Part shown: piece by piece, positions 38,147 to 45,140 of the stretch
How the letters are laid out: each line of letters opens with the position of its first letter
Position numbering within the stretch: the first letter of the stretch is position 1
Virus record (IMG/VR): IMGVR_UViG_3300032024_000157
Span: 1 to 46,941 of that record
Direction: 5' to 3' (one strand)
Origin: a virus
Taxonomy: Duplodnaviria; Caudoviricetes
DNA: 46,941 nt
Program-made: the position numbers and the translations under genes
Notes under the pieces: generated by a model
Databases searched by the model: none
What the model saw: the letters and a program-made list of their open reading frames with translations, nothing else
Told to the model about the DNA's origin: nothing

Positions 38147-38309
38147 AGTTGGCAAGGCGTTTGAATTGTGTGCGAATTACAAAAGTAAAAACACCGTCGT
38201 CGCCGACAGCGGATAGAATTGCGCGTTTGTCGCGTCGAGAGACCCAAACCTGTACTTTGCACAGGTCTTCGTCTTCGACAGGGGGCATAAGGGAACGAAT
38301 GGATGGCAT
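37917..38309 (-). CDS. hypothetical protein
   Basis: Begins 8 nt after the upstream gene; globular-looking first 80 aa. Confidence 0.6.
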   Translation of the reverse strand: MPSIRSLMPPVEDEDLCKVQVWVSRRDKRAILSAVGDDGVFTFVIRTQFKRLANYVTTNDLKSYDPTDFDRFVNFVCNGSNTCVDRTATIQHESRTAKGLQHQDATAKSKSGSVSTGRATRVRSNKQDKG

Positions 38310-38316
38310 AAATGGT

Positions 38317-38913
38317 TCATATCATTGTGGTGACGTCGGTCTGCTCATCATAAATGAAAGCCGTGTCGTATTTGGCGGTCATGGAATCCTGCACTTCTGG
38401 TGGAATTGTACCTTGAAAGTGCACAGGCTCTTTTCGATGACCCGATGCGCCGAGGACGCAATAGGCCTGCACTACGCCCGCGTTTGGGTTTGGCAATGTA
38501 TTAAGTTTGGTTGGATCATCAAGGACCATATCTCTTGGAAGTCGTCCGACCTGTCCTTTAGGCCGTATCCAAATGGCGTTGCCTTCAATGTCGACTGAGA
38601 CGCTCAAGGACGGTCCAGCCTCTTTAAGTCCAAGCTGAACATCAATGTCATATCCATATAGCAAAACGGCTTGACGAGCGTCACGCAGTCGATGCTCAAA
38701 GGTGTTTATTGTCATGTCGTGAGGAACGAGAAACTTTGTTGGCTTCGGCCAGTTTTTAAGTGCTAGACGAAGGTGTGCCTCATAGTTTCGATATGCCGAC
38801 TCCTTGAAGCGCCAGTGGTTGGATTTGGGGTTTAGTGCACCGGGTTGGATAATTTCAACGACTTGTCCGTCGGCTCGCAGCATCTTGGTTGAGAGGTCAG
38901 TACGCGGGTCCAT
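38317..38913 (-). CDS. hypothetical protein (198 aa)
   Basis: Long ORF in the early operon. Confidence 0.75.
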   Translation of the reverse strand: MDPRTDLSTKMLRADGQVVEIIQPGALNPKSNHWRFKESAYRNYEAHLRLALKNWPKPTKFLVPHDMTINTFEHRLRDARQAVLLYGYDIDVQLGLKEAGPSLSVSVDIEGNAIWIRPKGQVGRLPRDMVLDDPTKLNTLPNPNAGVVQAYCVLGASGHRKEPVHFQGTIPPEVQDSMTAKYDTAFIYDEQTDVTTMI

Positions 38914-38934
38914 TATTGTTGAAGACTAAGGTCT

Positions 38935-39309
38935 TTATACTTCAATCGGTGACTCTTTAGTTGCAGGAAGTCTCGTCATGACGTCAACAATAATACCACC
39001 GTCTGTGGTCAATCTTACTAACCACTCACCACCGATGGCGAGCTTCTGCCACGGACCGACATTTTCTAAGGCCGTTGAAATATAGCGGACAGTTGCCTTG
39101 ATGGAAACTATGTCTTCCGCGTCGTTCGGCGTAATCATCAAGGTCGGACGATTGTCCGACAGAATCGGTATGACCGCCGTGGCATGTAGACCTTTCAAGG
39201 CTTCTAACATGCGGGTCATTTTGGTGGCAATCTCAACGTGTGTCCAGCATCTTTGCTGTGCAGTAGTCCAGACGTCGCTAACCAATGTAGATGTGTGTTC
39301 TTGACTCAT
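38935..39309 (-). CDS. hypothetical protein (124 aa)
   Basis: ORF in the early operon. Confidence 0.7.
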   Translation of the reverse strand: MSQEHTSTLVSDVWTTAQQRCWTHVEIATKMTRMLEALKGLHATAVIPILSDNRPTLMITPNDAEDIVSIKATVRYISTALENVGPWQKLAIGGEWLVRLTTDGGIIVDVMTRLPATKESPIEV

Positions 39310-39354
39310 AAGCTCAATGGTCCTGCCCAGACCGTTCTGGGAAGGACGATGAGA

Positions 39355-40038
39355 TTACGACGCGTATCCGTCGGCAATCTTTTTCTTTTGAGCAACCTGG
39401 TCGTCCCAGATACCCTTGGCCAGCGCTTCACGCGTGGCCGCAACGTCTTGGCCGGTTTTGGTGTTGAACCGTGCGACCGCATCCTCGACGTTGCCCGCGC
39501 AACGTTCAATGAGCGCGTCAGCAATACCAAAGTAGGTCTTCGGGGTCTTTTTGGGACCGGCCGCCTGACGCTCCTGCTTCTTGGGGTCGAACGGCAGTGC
39601 GTTCAACACAGTTTGCATAAGCGACTGATAGCTCGCAATGGCAGCGTCCACACTGGGGAACTTTCCCTGCTGCACGAGGGTGGCGTATACGCGCTCCTCG
39701 TAGTTGGATTCAGTCTCGTCCCATGCCGTGACTTCTTCCTGTGTGATTTTGCCTTCGGCGTCCTTCACCTCGGGCTTGGTAATCTTCACACGGCGTTCGA
39801 TGCCGGTGAGTTGTTCCAGACCCTCGGTGGCCGGCACGCCGGCCTCCTTGTCCTCTTCCAGCCCGTGCAGGAAGCCGTAGCGTGCTTGGTTCAGCACGGC
39901 ACGATACAGGACGTTCTTGTTGGCCTCGTCTTTAGCCGCACCGTTGCGGCCGGCGAGTCGGTCGAACTCTTCAACCGTCGCTGGAACCTCATAGTTGAGG
40001 TTCTTAAAGCTAAGGCACTTGACTTGGATAGTTTCCAT
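39355..40038 (-). CDS. hypothetical protein (227 aa), probably highly expressed
   Basis: Start METIQV; strongly G/C-ending codons; charged helical protein. Confidence 0.8.
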   Translation of the reverse strand: METIQVKCLSFKNLNYEVPATVEEFDRLAGRNGAAKDEANKNVLYRAVLNQARYGFLHGLEEDKEAGVPATEGLEQLTGIERRVKITKPEVKDAEGKITQEEVTAWDETESNYEERVYATLVQQGKFPSVDAAIASYQSLMQTVLNALPFDPKKQERQAAGPKKTPKTYFGIADALIERCAGNVEDAVARFNTKTGQDVAATREALAKGIWDDQVAQKKKIADGYAS

Positions 40039-40150
40039 ATGTTTGATACAGGATGACGCCCTGCGGTCGCCGGGTGAATTGTGCTGGTGCACTCGGGTCA
40101 CCAGAATGAACAGTTGTTGTTCAAAGTAAGAAAAGCTGTGTAGCCCCTGC

Positions 40151-40414
40151 TTATAGCCTGCCAAGGGCAAGTGCGGTGGCACCAGCTAGGCCGGCCAGGA
40201 CAATGAAAAGTAGAAGGATTCTTAAACGTTGGTAACGGCAATCAAGAACTTCCAATTCGGCCTGGAGCTTACGTGCCCACAGTCCCTTTTGCGTCAATGC
40301 TGATTTATACCAGGCCAGTTCAGTTTCAAGTCGCACAATACGACTAGACGCCGCTGCGGTGACGGCTTCAAGACGACTGAAATTAGAAAAAGGTTTATAT
40401 GGCAGTTTAGTCAT
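40151..40414 (-). CDS. coiled-coil protein with C-terminal transmembrane helix
   Basis: Heptad region followed by ILLLFIVLAGLAGATALAL. Confidence 0.6.
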   Translation of the reverse strand: MTKLPYKPFSNFSRLEAVTAAASSRIVRLETELAWYKSALTQKGLWARKLQAELEVLDCRYQRLRILLLFIVLAGLAGATALALGRL

Positions 40415-40631
40415 GGTTGAGTTGTTTAAACCGGCGATAAATTCGGGGACGGCCGGCAATAGTTTCTTTGTTTCGAGTTGGCTTTTCGAGCCAAAGGTGC
40501 CAAAGAAGGTCTAGGTCTGCGGTAACAAACCGCCAGTAGCTTTGATTGAACGGTTGTTTTGAACGAAAAAACTCGACTGGTGTGTGTCCGGGTAGGCAGC
40601 CCATGATACGAAAGGAGTATGGATTATTCAT
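40407..40631 (-). CDS. hypothetical protein (start 40631 or 40673)
   Basis: MNNPYSF...; overlaps the next start. Confidence 0.5.
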   Translation of the reverse strand: MNNPYSFRIMGCLPGHTPVEFFRSKQPFNQSYWRFVTADLDLLWHLWLEKPTRNKETIAGRPRIYRRFKQLNHD

Positions 40632-40678
40632 GGTCACTTTCGGCTCGCGGTCCCAAAAGACCCGGCGCGGCATTGGTG

Positions 40679-40852
40679 TTATTGGCCAGCAACATCGACG
40701 AGCGTTTCTTCCGCCGTGCAGTGGCCGTCCGATTGCACGTTGCCCTCGTGCCATGTCGCGCCGCCGTCGAGCGAGTATTCGCACGCCCAGTCGCCCCAGT
40801 TACAGTCGTCGATGAGGTCCACGAGTTCCGTGAGGTGTATCTTCGGTTTCAT
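40679..40852 (-). CDS. 57-aa hypothetical protein absent from the ORF track
   Basis: My translation MKPKIHLTELVDLIDDCNWGDWACEYSLDGGATWHEGNVQSDGHCTAEETLVDVAGQ; ATGA overlap with the upstream stop. Confidence 0.6.
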   Translation of the reverse strand: MKPKIHLTELVDLIDDCNWGDWACEYSLDGGATWHEGNVQSDGHCTAEETLVDVAGQ

Positions 40853-41100
40853 AGCACGGTGATCAGAGCTTCGGCGGTGCCGTCGGCGTCATCATCTACA
40901 TAGCTGAGTTCACTGTAGCCTCTTAGACTGTAGCCGATGAGCTGCGCGAATTGCCGACGGTCGTCTGCCGTGAAGTCCATCACGGCGATTTTGCTCATGT
41001 CGATTCCGCCGCTGTCGAACAGGTGGCGGACAATGGCGTTTTCCTTAAAGCAGAGGACGCCCGATTTGTTTCTTTCGAATGGTTGGGTTGGGTGTTTCAT
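40849..41100 (-). CDS. cassette-borne hypothetical protein (83 aa)
   Basis: FKENAIVRHL...DRRQFAQLIGYSLRGYSELSY, a pattern I associate with a common small phage family. Confidence 0.8.
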   Translation of the reverse strand: MKHPTQPFERNKSGVLCFKENAIVRHLFDSGGIDMSKIAVMDFTADDRRQFAQLIGYSLRGYSELSYVDDDADGTAEALITVL

Positions 41101-41114
41101 GTTGGAAATTCAGA

Positions 41115-41174
41115 GGTTAACCAGTGCGATACAGACAACGTCATTCATGGCGTGGCTGATCGGGAACGTTCGGC
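41115..41174 (+). repeat. attC-like site 1 (60 bp)
   Basis: GGTTAAC CAGTGC GAT A CAGACA A CG TCA TTCA TGG CG TGGCTG ATC GGGAAC GTTCGGC. Confidence 0.8.
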
Positions 41175-41398
41175 AGATAAGAAATATCTCCATCGCGCTC
41201 CATGCCTTTTACAAGAGAAACGAATGTTTTGCGCTTGGCGGGAATCCACGGCTTGCCCGTGCGCTGGTCGGAATACCAAGCGACTGGTCTGCCTTTGTGG
41301 GTGCAGGTGCCGTCCGAGTAGAGTAGCCAGTCGAGGTAGTCGTAAAGAGCCGAACCTATCGCCCCAGCCAACGTGCGGGGATGTTCCGTGGTTTTCAT
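41141..41398 (-). CDS. cassette-borne hypothetical protein (85 aa)
   Basis: Starts inside site 2 and stops inside site 1 (...PNVPDQPRHE). Confidence 0.7.
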   Translation of the reverse strand: MKTTEHPRTLAGAIGSALYDYLDWLLYSDGTCTHKGRPVAWYSDQRTGKPWIPAKRKTFVSLVKGMERDGDISYLPNVPDQPRHE

Positions 41399-41461
41399 AT
41401 TTTAGGTGCGCTCAACATCGGGGGCTATTCGCCCGCACGCGGCTGAGCTTTATCGTTCGGG
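41349..41461 (+). repeat. attC-like site 2 (113 bp)
   Basis: GCCGAAC CTATC GCC C CAGCCA A CG TGCGGG ... CCCGCA CG CGGCTG AGC TTTATC GTTCGGG. Confidence 0.85.
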
Positions 41462-41823
41462 GAGATGCGACCGTGCTTGGCGAGCACATCGAGGCCGCAG
41501 TGTTCATAAAAGATTTTGCCGCACTTGGCGCAGGGCCATTGCACGCGCTGCGTGTGCGACGGGTGGTTGCCACACACTACCTCATCCGCCCATTTCTGGC
41601 AGTCCTTCCACGATGCGCCGCGAGGCGGTTCAGGCGGGATGGGAATGTTGGTCAGCGATTGGTCGCCCAGTCGGAACTCATGGCGGCAGGTGGACATCCT
41701 GAATCCCCGAACAAATCCCCGGAGCCAACGACGCGCAGCCGACCGGATGCGGTAGCTTCTCAGTCTGCGCCGCATCTTGGGGTGCATCGTGTAGGCGGGA
41801 GTAATCGGCGCGTCGTTGCTCAT
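41425..41823 (-). CDS. cassette-borne Cys-rich hypothetical protein
   Basis: CRHEF...WPCAKCGK...EHCG; starts inside site 3 and stops inside site 2 (...PNDKAQPRAGE). Confidence 0.7.
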   Translation of the reverse strand: MSNDAPITPAYTMHPKMRRRLRSYRIRSAARRWLRGFVRGFRMSTCRHEFRLGDQSLTNIPIPPEPPRGASWKDCQKWADEVVCGNHPSHTQRVQWPCAKCGKIFYEHCGLDVLAKHGRISPNDKAQPRAGE

Positions 41824-41837
41824 CTCAGGAGTTCTAC
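41706..41837 (+). repeat. attC-like site 3 (132 bp)
   Basis: CCCGAAC AAATC CCC G GAGCCA A CG ACGCG ... CGCGT CG TTGCTC ATC TCAGGA GTTCTAC. Confidence 0.85.
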
Positions 41838-42175
41838 CTACTGACGCTCACTTCCGCTTCGGGGTTTTCTTCGCAGGCGTGAAGATATTTCTCCAGCCAC
41901 GGCAAGAAGTTCTCGTAGAGCCCCCAGCCGTTCGGGCTGTTGTGCTTCTCGAATCGCACCGGGTCGGCCTTCATTTGCGCGATTCCGTTGCGCAGTGGCT
42001 CGATGAGTTGTGCGGCTTTCGTGATGCCGATTTCTTCGGGCCTCCAGCACGCCTCATAGATTCCAGCCTCTTCGGCCATCGCTCCGAGATTGTGCGTGAT
42101 GTTTTGCCCGAAGAGTTCTTGAGTGTGTCCGCACGTCGGGCACTGCGGTTTTGTGAGATATACGTCTAGGCTCAT
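41834..42175 (-). CDS. cassette-borne hypothetical protein (113 aa)
   Basis: MSLDVYL...NITHNLGAMAEEAGIY...NGWGLY, a pattern I associate with a widespread small phage family. Confidence 0.8.
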   Translation of the reverse strand: MSLDVYLTKPQCPTCGHTQELFGQNITHNLGAMAEEAGIYEACWRPEEIGITKAAQLIEPLRNGIAQMKADPVRFEKHNSPNGWGLYENFLPWLEKYLHACEENPEAEVSVSR

Positions 42176-42180
42176 GGTGT

Positions 42181-42621
42181 TTAAGAAAAGGTAGAACCAG
42201 TTGGTCCAGACAACGGCGCGCAAGCGCCGTGTCTGACCGCCGCGTTCGCCTCGGCCCCACGCTGCGAACGTAGGTGGGTCAGGAACTCGGCGGCCTTCGC
42301 TCGTGTTTCCTCCTCCGTCCAGCCTGCGGCTTTGTTGTAGAGGAAGTCGAAGTCCTCATTGAAAGGGTCTTCACTGAGCACGAAGTCCAGTGTATCCCCG
42401 GACACATGGCTGGGGTGGATGTAGAAGTTCACGTCTCCGGTAAGATGGCTGACATGTGCCGCGAGCGAGAAGTGAGTCACGCCAGCAGTGATCATCCGGC
42501 GCATATAGTGCGCCAGGCTTTCACTCTTGGGCCGAGGAGAACCAGCAGTCACAGCAGCAACGCCCGTTGCTGGGCCTTGCGATTCGGTAGGGGCGTCTCC
42601 GCCCGTGGATTGAGTTGTCAT
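42181..42621 (-). CDS. cassette-borne hypothetical protein (146 aa)
   Basis: ATG at 42621 inside site 5; reads through all of site 4 (...ANAAVRHGACAPLSGPTGSTFS). Confidence 0.7.
   Translation of the reverse strand: MTTQSTGGDAPTESQGPATGVAAVTAGSPRPKSESLAHYMRRMITAGVTHFSLAAHVSHLTGDVNFYIHPSHVSGDTLDFVLSEDPFNEDFDFLYNKAAGWTEEETRAKAAEFLTHLRSQRGAEANAAVRHGACAPLSGPTGSTFS
42191..42250 (+). repeat. attC-like site 4 (60 bp, textbook geometry)
   Basis: GTAGAAC CAGTT GGT C CAGACA A CG GCGC GCAA GCGC CG TGTCTG ACC GCCGC GTTCGCC; unpaired C and A on the top strand give extrahelical G and T on the bottom strand. Confidence 0.9.
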
Positions 42622-42674
42622 GGGAAGGGTTTTAGCTGCGCTCGGCCGGGCGTGGCTGACCTGCGTCGTTCTCT
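42536..42674 (+). repeat. attC-like site 5 (139 bp)
   Basis: GGAGAAC CAGCA GTC A CAGCAG CAA CGCCCG ... CGGGCG TGGCTG ACC TGCGTC GTTCTCT; left arm slightly irregular. Confidence 0.75.
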
Positions 42675-42955
42675 TCCGGCCAAGCGGTAGGCGCGGATTT
42701 AGCGTGCCGGCGAAGCTCGGCGGCACAGTGCATGGTGACTTGGTGGCCTCGGTAGTGCTCCACTTCATCGAGCACGTCGCCGCTTTTGCGGAAGCCCGCC
42801 ATCTTGGATTTCAGCCCGGCCGCGAGTTCTTCCAAGACCTCTTGCACGCGTTTCTCAAACAAATCCGGGGCGTGGATGGCGGTGTTTGCCCTGACCTCAT
42901 CACCCAACCGAATAACAACCCTGTCTAATATGGCCTCAAATTCCTCTGCCGTCAT
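42632..42955 (-). pseudogene. probable chimera: N-terminal fragment of a restriction endonuclease fused to an unrelated C-terminus
   Basis: ATGA-coupled to the C5 methyltransferase; MTAEEFEAIL...FEKRVQEVL resembles a type II REase start but no PD-(D/E)XK core follows; ends inside site 5. Confidence 0.45.
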
Positions 42956-43950
42956 ATCAGACAGTCTCTCACTGCCTTCGCGATATGCCAAGCCAAGACC
43001 GGGGGCACGGCGTTCCCAACCTGGCGCTCCGTTTCCCGCAATCCGCCGCTGAATATGAAGTTGTCGGGGAATGACTGGATTCTAGCCGCCTCGCGCATAG
43101 AGATGCGGCGGGGCAGGCGATAATGGAATTGAATGTTGCCGTGGCATTCAGCCCGCATGGTGTCGGCCGGTCTCTCTGCCTTGAGTATCCGGCTTCCTTG
43201 TTCGCTGCTCTTTTCGGCCCGGCTCCAAATATGGTTAATGGCCGGATTTTCCGCCACTTCGGCCAAGTCTTCGAGAGCCTGCTTTGAAGTGACCCATGAC
43301 TCACGTTTCAGAGTGGGCACCGGAGGCTGGAATTTCTTGGTCTTTCCCTTGGTCCCTACGATGAAGACGCGCTCGCGCATTTGCGGCACGCCGTAGTCAG
43401 CGGCCAAATACACCTGAGCGGAGACCGCGTAGCCCAAGCTCCTAAACGCAGCCATGATTTCCTCATAGAAATCCTTGTTCATCGGCATGAGAAGCCCCTT
43501 GACGTTCTCGGCCACAAAAACACGAGGCTCCGTCCGGCGAATGGTTTCGATCATTGCCTTGTAGAGATTGGTCCTAACGCCCTCAGAACCCTTGAGGATG
43601 CCGTTGATCGACACGTCCTGACACGGAAAACCGCCGATGACTACATCGGCGGTTTTAGGTAGCGCGGACAGAACCTCCCAGATGTCGTCACAATTTATTT
43701 TGTGCCCGAAATTGGCCTCATAGGTCTTGCATGCCGCCGGCTTGATGTCGTTCGCCCAATCAATGCGATAGGGAAGCCGGTCATAGGTCTTTCCCAGAAA
43801 CTTGAAACCCCCAAGGAACCCCATGTCCAAGCCTCCGCAGCCGGAGAAAAGCGATACCACAGAAAATTCTTTGGGAATTTTCTTCCGGACCATTTGCGCC
43901 ATCACCTGCCCGAAAGTCGCGGGCAGCGGTTCGATAATCATTTTCGTCAT
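42952..43950 (-). CDS. dcm: DNA (cytosine-5) methyltransferase
   Basis: Motifs I SLFSGCGG, IV GGFPCQD, VI ENVKG, VIII QMRERVF, IX REAARIQSFP, X VGNAVP. Confidence 0.95.
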   Translation of the reverse strand: MTKMIIEPLPATFGQVMAQMVRKKIPKEFSVVSLFSGCGGLDMGFLGGFKFLGKTYDRLPYRIDWANDIKPAACKTYEANFGHKINCDDIWEVLSALPKTADVVIGGFPCQDVSINGILKGSEGVRTNLYKAMIETIRRTEPRVFVAENVKGLLMPMNKDFYEEIMAAFRSLGYAVSAQVYLAADYGVPQMRERVFIVGTKGKTKKFQPPVPTLKRESWVTSKQALEDLAEVAENPAINHIWSRAEKSSEQGSRILKAERPADTMRAECHGNIQFHYRLPRRISMREAARIQSFPDNFIFSGGLRETERQVGNAVPPVLAWHIAKAVRDCLI

Positions 43951-44018
43951 TGGGTGAGTTTCTTGAGGTCTGCAGATTTTCGGGTTGATTGCATTCATTC
44001 GGGGCGGTTACTCCGCGG

Positions 44019-44552
44019 TTAAACATTTCGGGTTGATGGAAACTGGAATCCGGCCGCCTCCAATGAGGCGCACTGAGCATCAAGGCGGGCGATAAGGTCG
44101 ATGCATTTATCCCATGTCCGGCACTCAGAAACGGGATTCGTCATGGCCGCTTCGGCGTCCACAGCGTTCGCCGGGATCCATGATTGTGCGCGCGCCAACA
44201 TCATGCGGCTCTCGTCCAGAAGCGCGACCAGCGCGGAGTGTGAGTTGCAGGCGGATACGATGAAGGCGGCGTTGGCCAGGGCGTGTTTCCGGGCGCGATC
44301 TCCATTGCCTTCGTTCTCCGGGTCGTAACTCGGCATTTCGCACACCGGGCCATGCGGGATATACTCCGCCGCAACATGGGGCCACGCTTGGCCGTCATCA
44401 ACAAGCTGCCACGGCGTCGGCGTGTGCGCCTGAATGGGCGTATTGGGCGTGGGTGCTTTGGTGGCTTTAATCCCGGCAACGATCTGGCGGGCACGCTTGG
44501 AAAGACGGCTCTTTTTCGGGGCCGGGTGATAAGTGGAGTTATGGTTTTTCAT
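44019..44552 (-). CDS. hypothetical phage-type protein (177 aa)
   Basis: HTPTPW...ANAAFIVSACN motif pair. Confidence 0.75.
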   Translation of the reverse strand: MKNHNSTYHPAPKKSRLSKRARQIVAGIKATKAPTPNTPIQAHTPTPWQLVDDGQAWPHVAAEYIPHGPVCEMPSYDPENEGNGDRARKHALANAAFIVSACNSHSALVALLDESRMMLARAQSWIPANAVDAEAAMTNPVSECRTWDKCIDLIARLDAQCASLEAAGFQFPSTRNV

Positions 44553-44562
44553 ACGCCTTAAG

Positions 44563-44610
44563 ACTGCACACTGTGCAGTTGCTTGCAAGAATAAAGTTGC
44601 ACAATGTGCA
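44563..44610. promoter_or_regulatory. two TGCACA-N-TGTGCA palindromes (putative operators) between divergent genes
   Basis: ACTGCACA C TGTGCAGT at 44563-44579 and TGCACA A TGTGCA at 44598-44610 in an AT-richer gap. Confidence 0.65.
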
Positions 44611-44631
44611 GTTTCATTACACTGCTTCCGG

Positions 44632-44826
44632 ATGCACTTCGGAGAGGCATTGAAGCCGTGGTCAGCCACGCGAATAGCCCTGACGCTCGGTTGTCCCGAG
44701 AGAACGGTTTACGCGTGGAAGATGAACGAGCGGCTCCCTCCAGAATGGGTCCAGCGCCTCGTGCTGGAGAGACTGAAGCGCATAAAGCCCGACCATGCTG
44801 AACCTCCCCGGCCTGAACGTAGTTAA
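44632..44826 (+). CDS. small HTH (Cro/Xre-like) protein
   Basis: SATRIALTLGCPERTVYAWK...RLPPEW. Confidence 0.7.
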   Translation: MHFGEALKPWSATRIALTLGCPERTVYAWKMNERLPPEWVQRLVLERLKRIKPDHAEPPRPERS

Positions 44827-45073
44827 CGTAGCCGACCGCCAAGGAGACTATCTCCTTGAGGCCAACGTCAATCAGGAGGTGCCGGTGTGCGAATGCGCCG
44901 ACCCGCACGTGGTGGCCAACGGCCGTAAGCCGCAGGAGTTCGTCGATACCCCGATGCACGGCAAGCGGGTGGACATCGTGGTGAAGCGGCAGCGCTACAA
45001 GTGTCAGGGCTGCGGGCGCACCTACTACGCGGACATCCCGAACATGCACAGCAAGCACCGCATGACCCAGCGC
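44795..45073 (+). pseudogene. truncated ISL3-family transposase (zinc-finger N-terminus only)
   Basis: MLNLPGL...CEC...DTPMHGKRVDIVVKRQRYKCQGCGRTY...HRMTQR; similarity stops there and no DDE domain follows. Confidence 0.8.
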
Positions 45074-45078
45074 AGGCG

Positions 45079-45140
45079 GCCGAACCTGACTTCTGTTTGG
45101 CGGTGCTCATTTCCCGAGTGGCTGATGCGGATTGTTCGGG
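45079..45140 (+). repeat. degenerate attC-like site 6
   Basis: GCCGAAC ... GAG TGGCTG ATG CGGATT GTTCGGG; right arm has the same layout as sites 1 and 5, left arm does not pair. Confidence 0.5.

Larger units (their letters stand above)
41115..45140 (+). mobile_element. integrase-less array of attC-delimited gene cassettes (CALIN-like), genes inverted
   Basis: Five clear and one degenerate attC-like sites; cassette ends complementary to their own R'' boxes; visibly GC-richer than the backbone. Confidence 0.85.

Noticed and set aside
39238-40056. 272-aa + strand ORF
   Set aside because: Antisense shadow of the strongly codon-biased 39355-40038 gene
40951-41844. 297-aa + strand ORF containing PNKSPEPT...VAHLRSS
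   Set aside because: Shadow frame of - strand genes; these peptides are simply the top-strand translation of attC site 3
41115-42674. CRISPR array or direct-repeat interpretation of the recurring elements
   Set aside because: Units differ in sequence and length, conserve structure only, and are separated by whole genes
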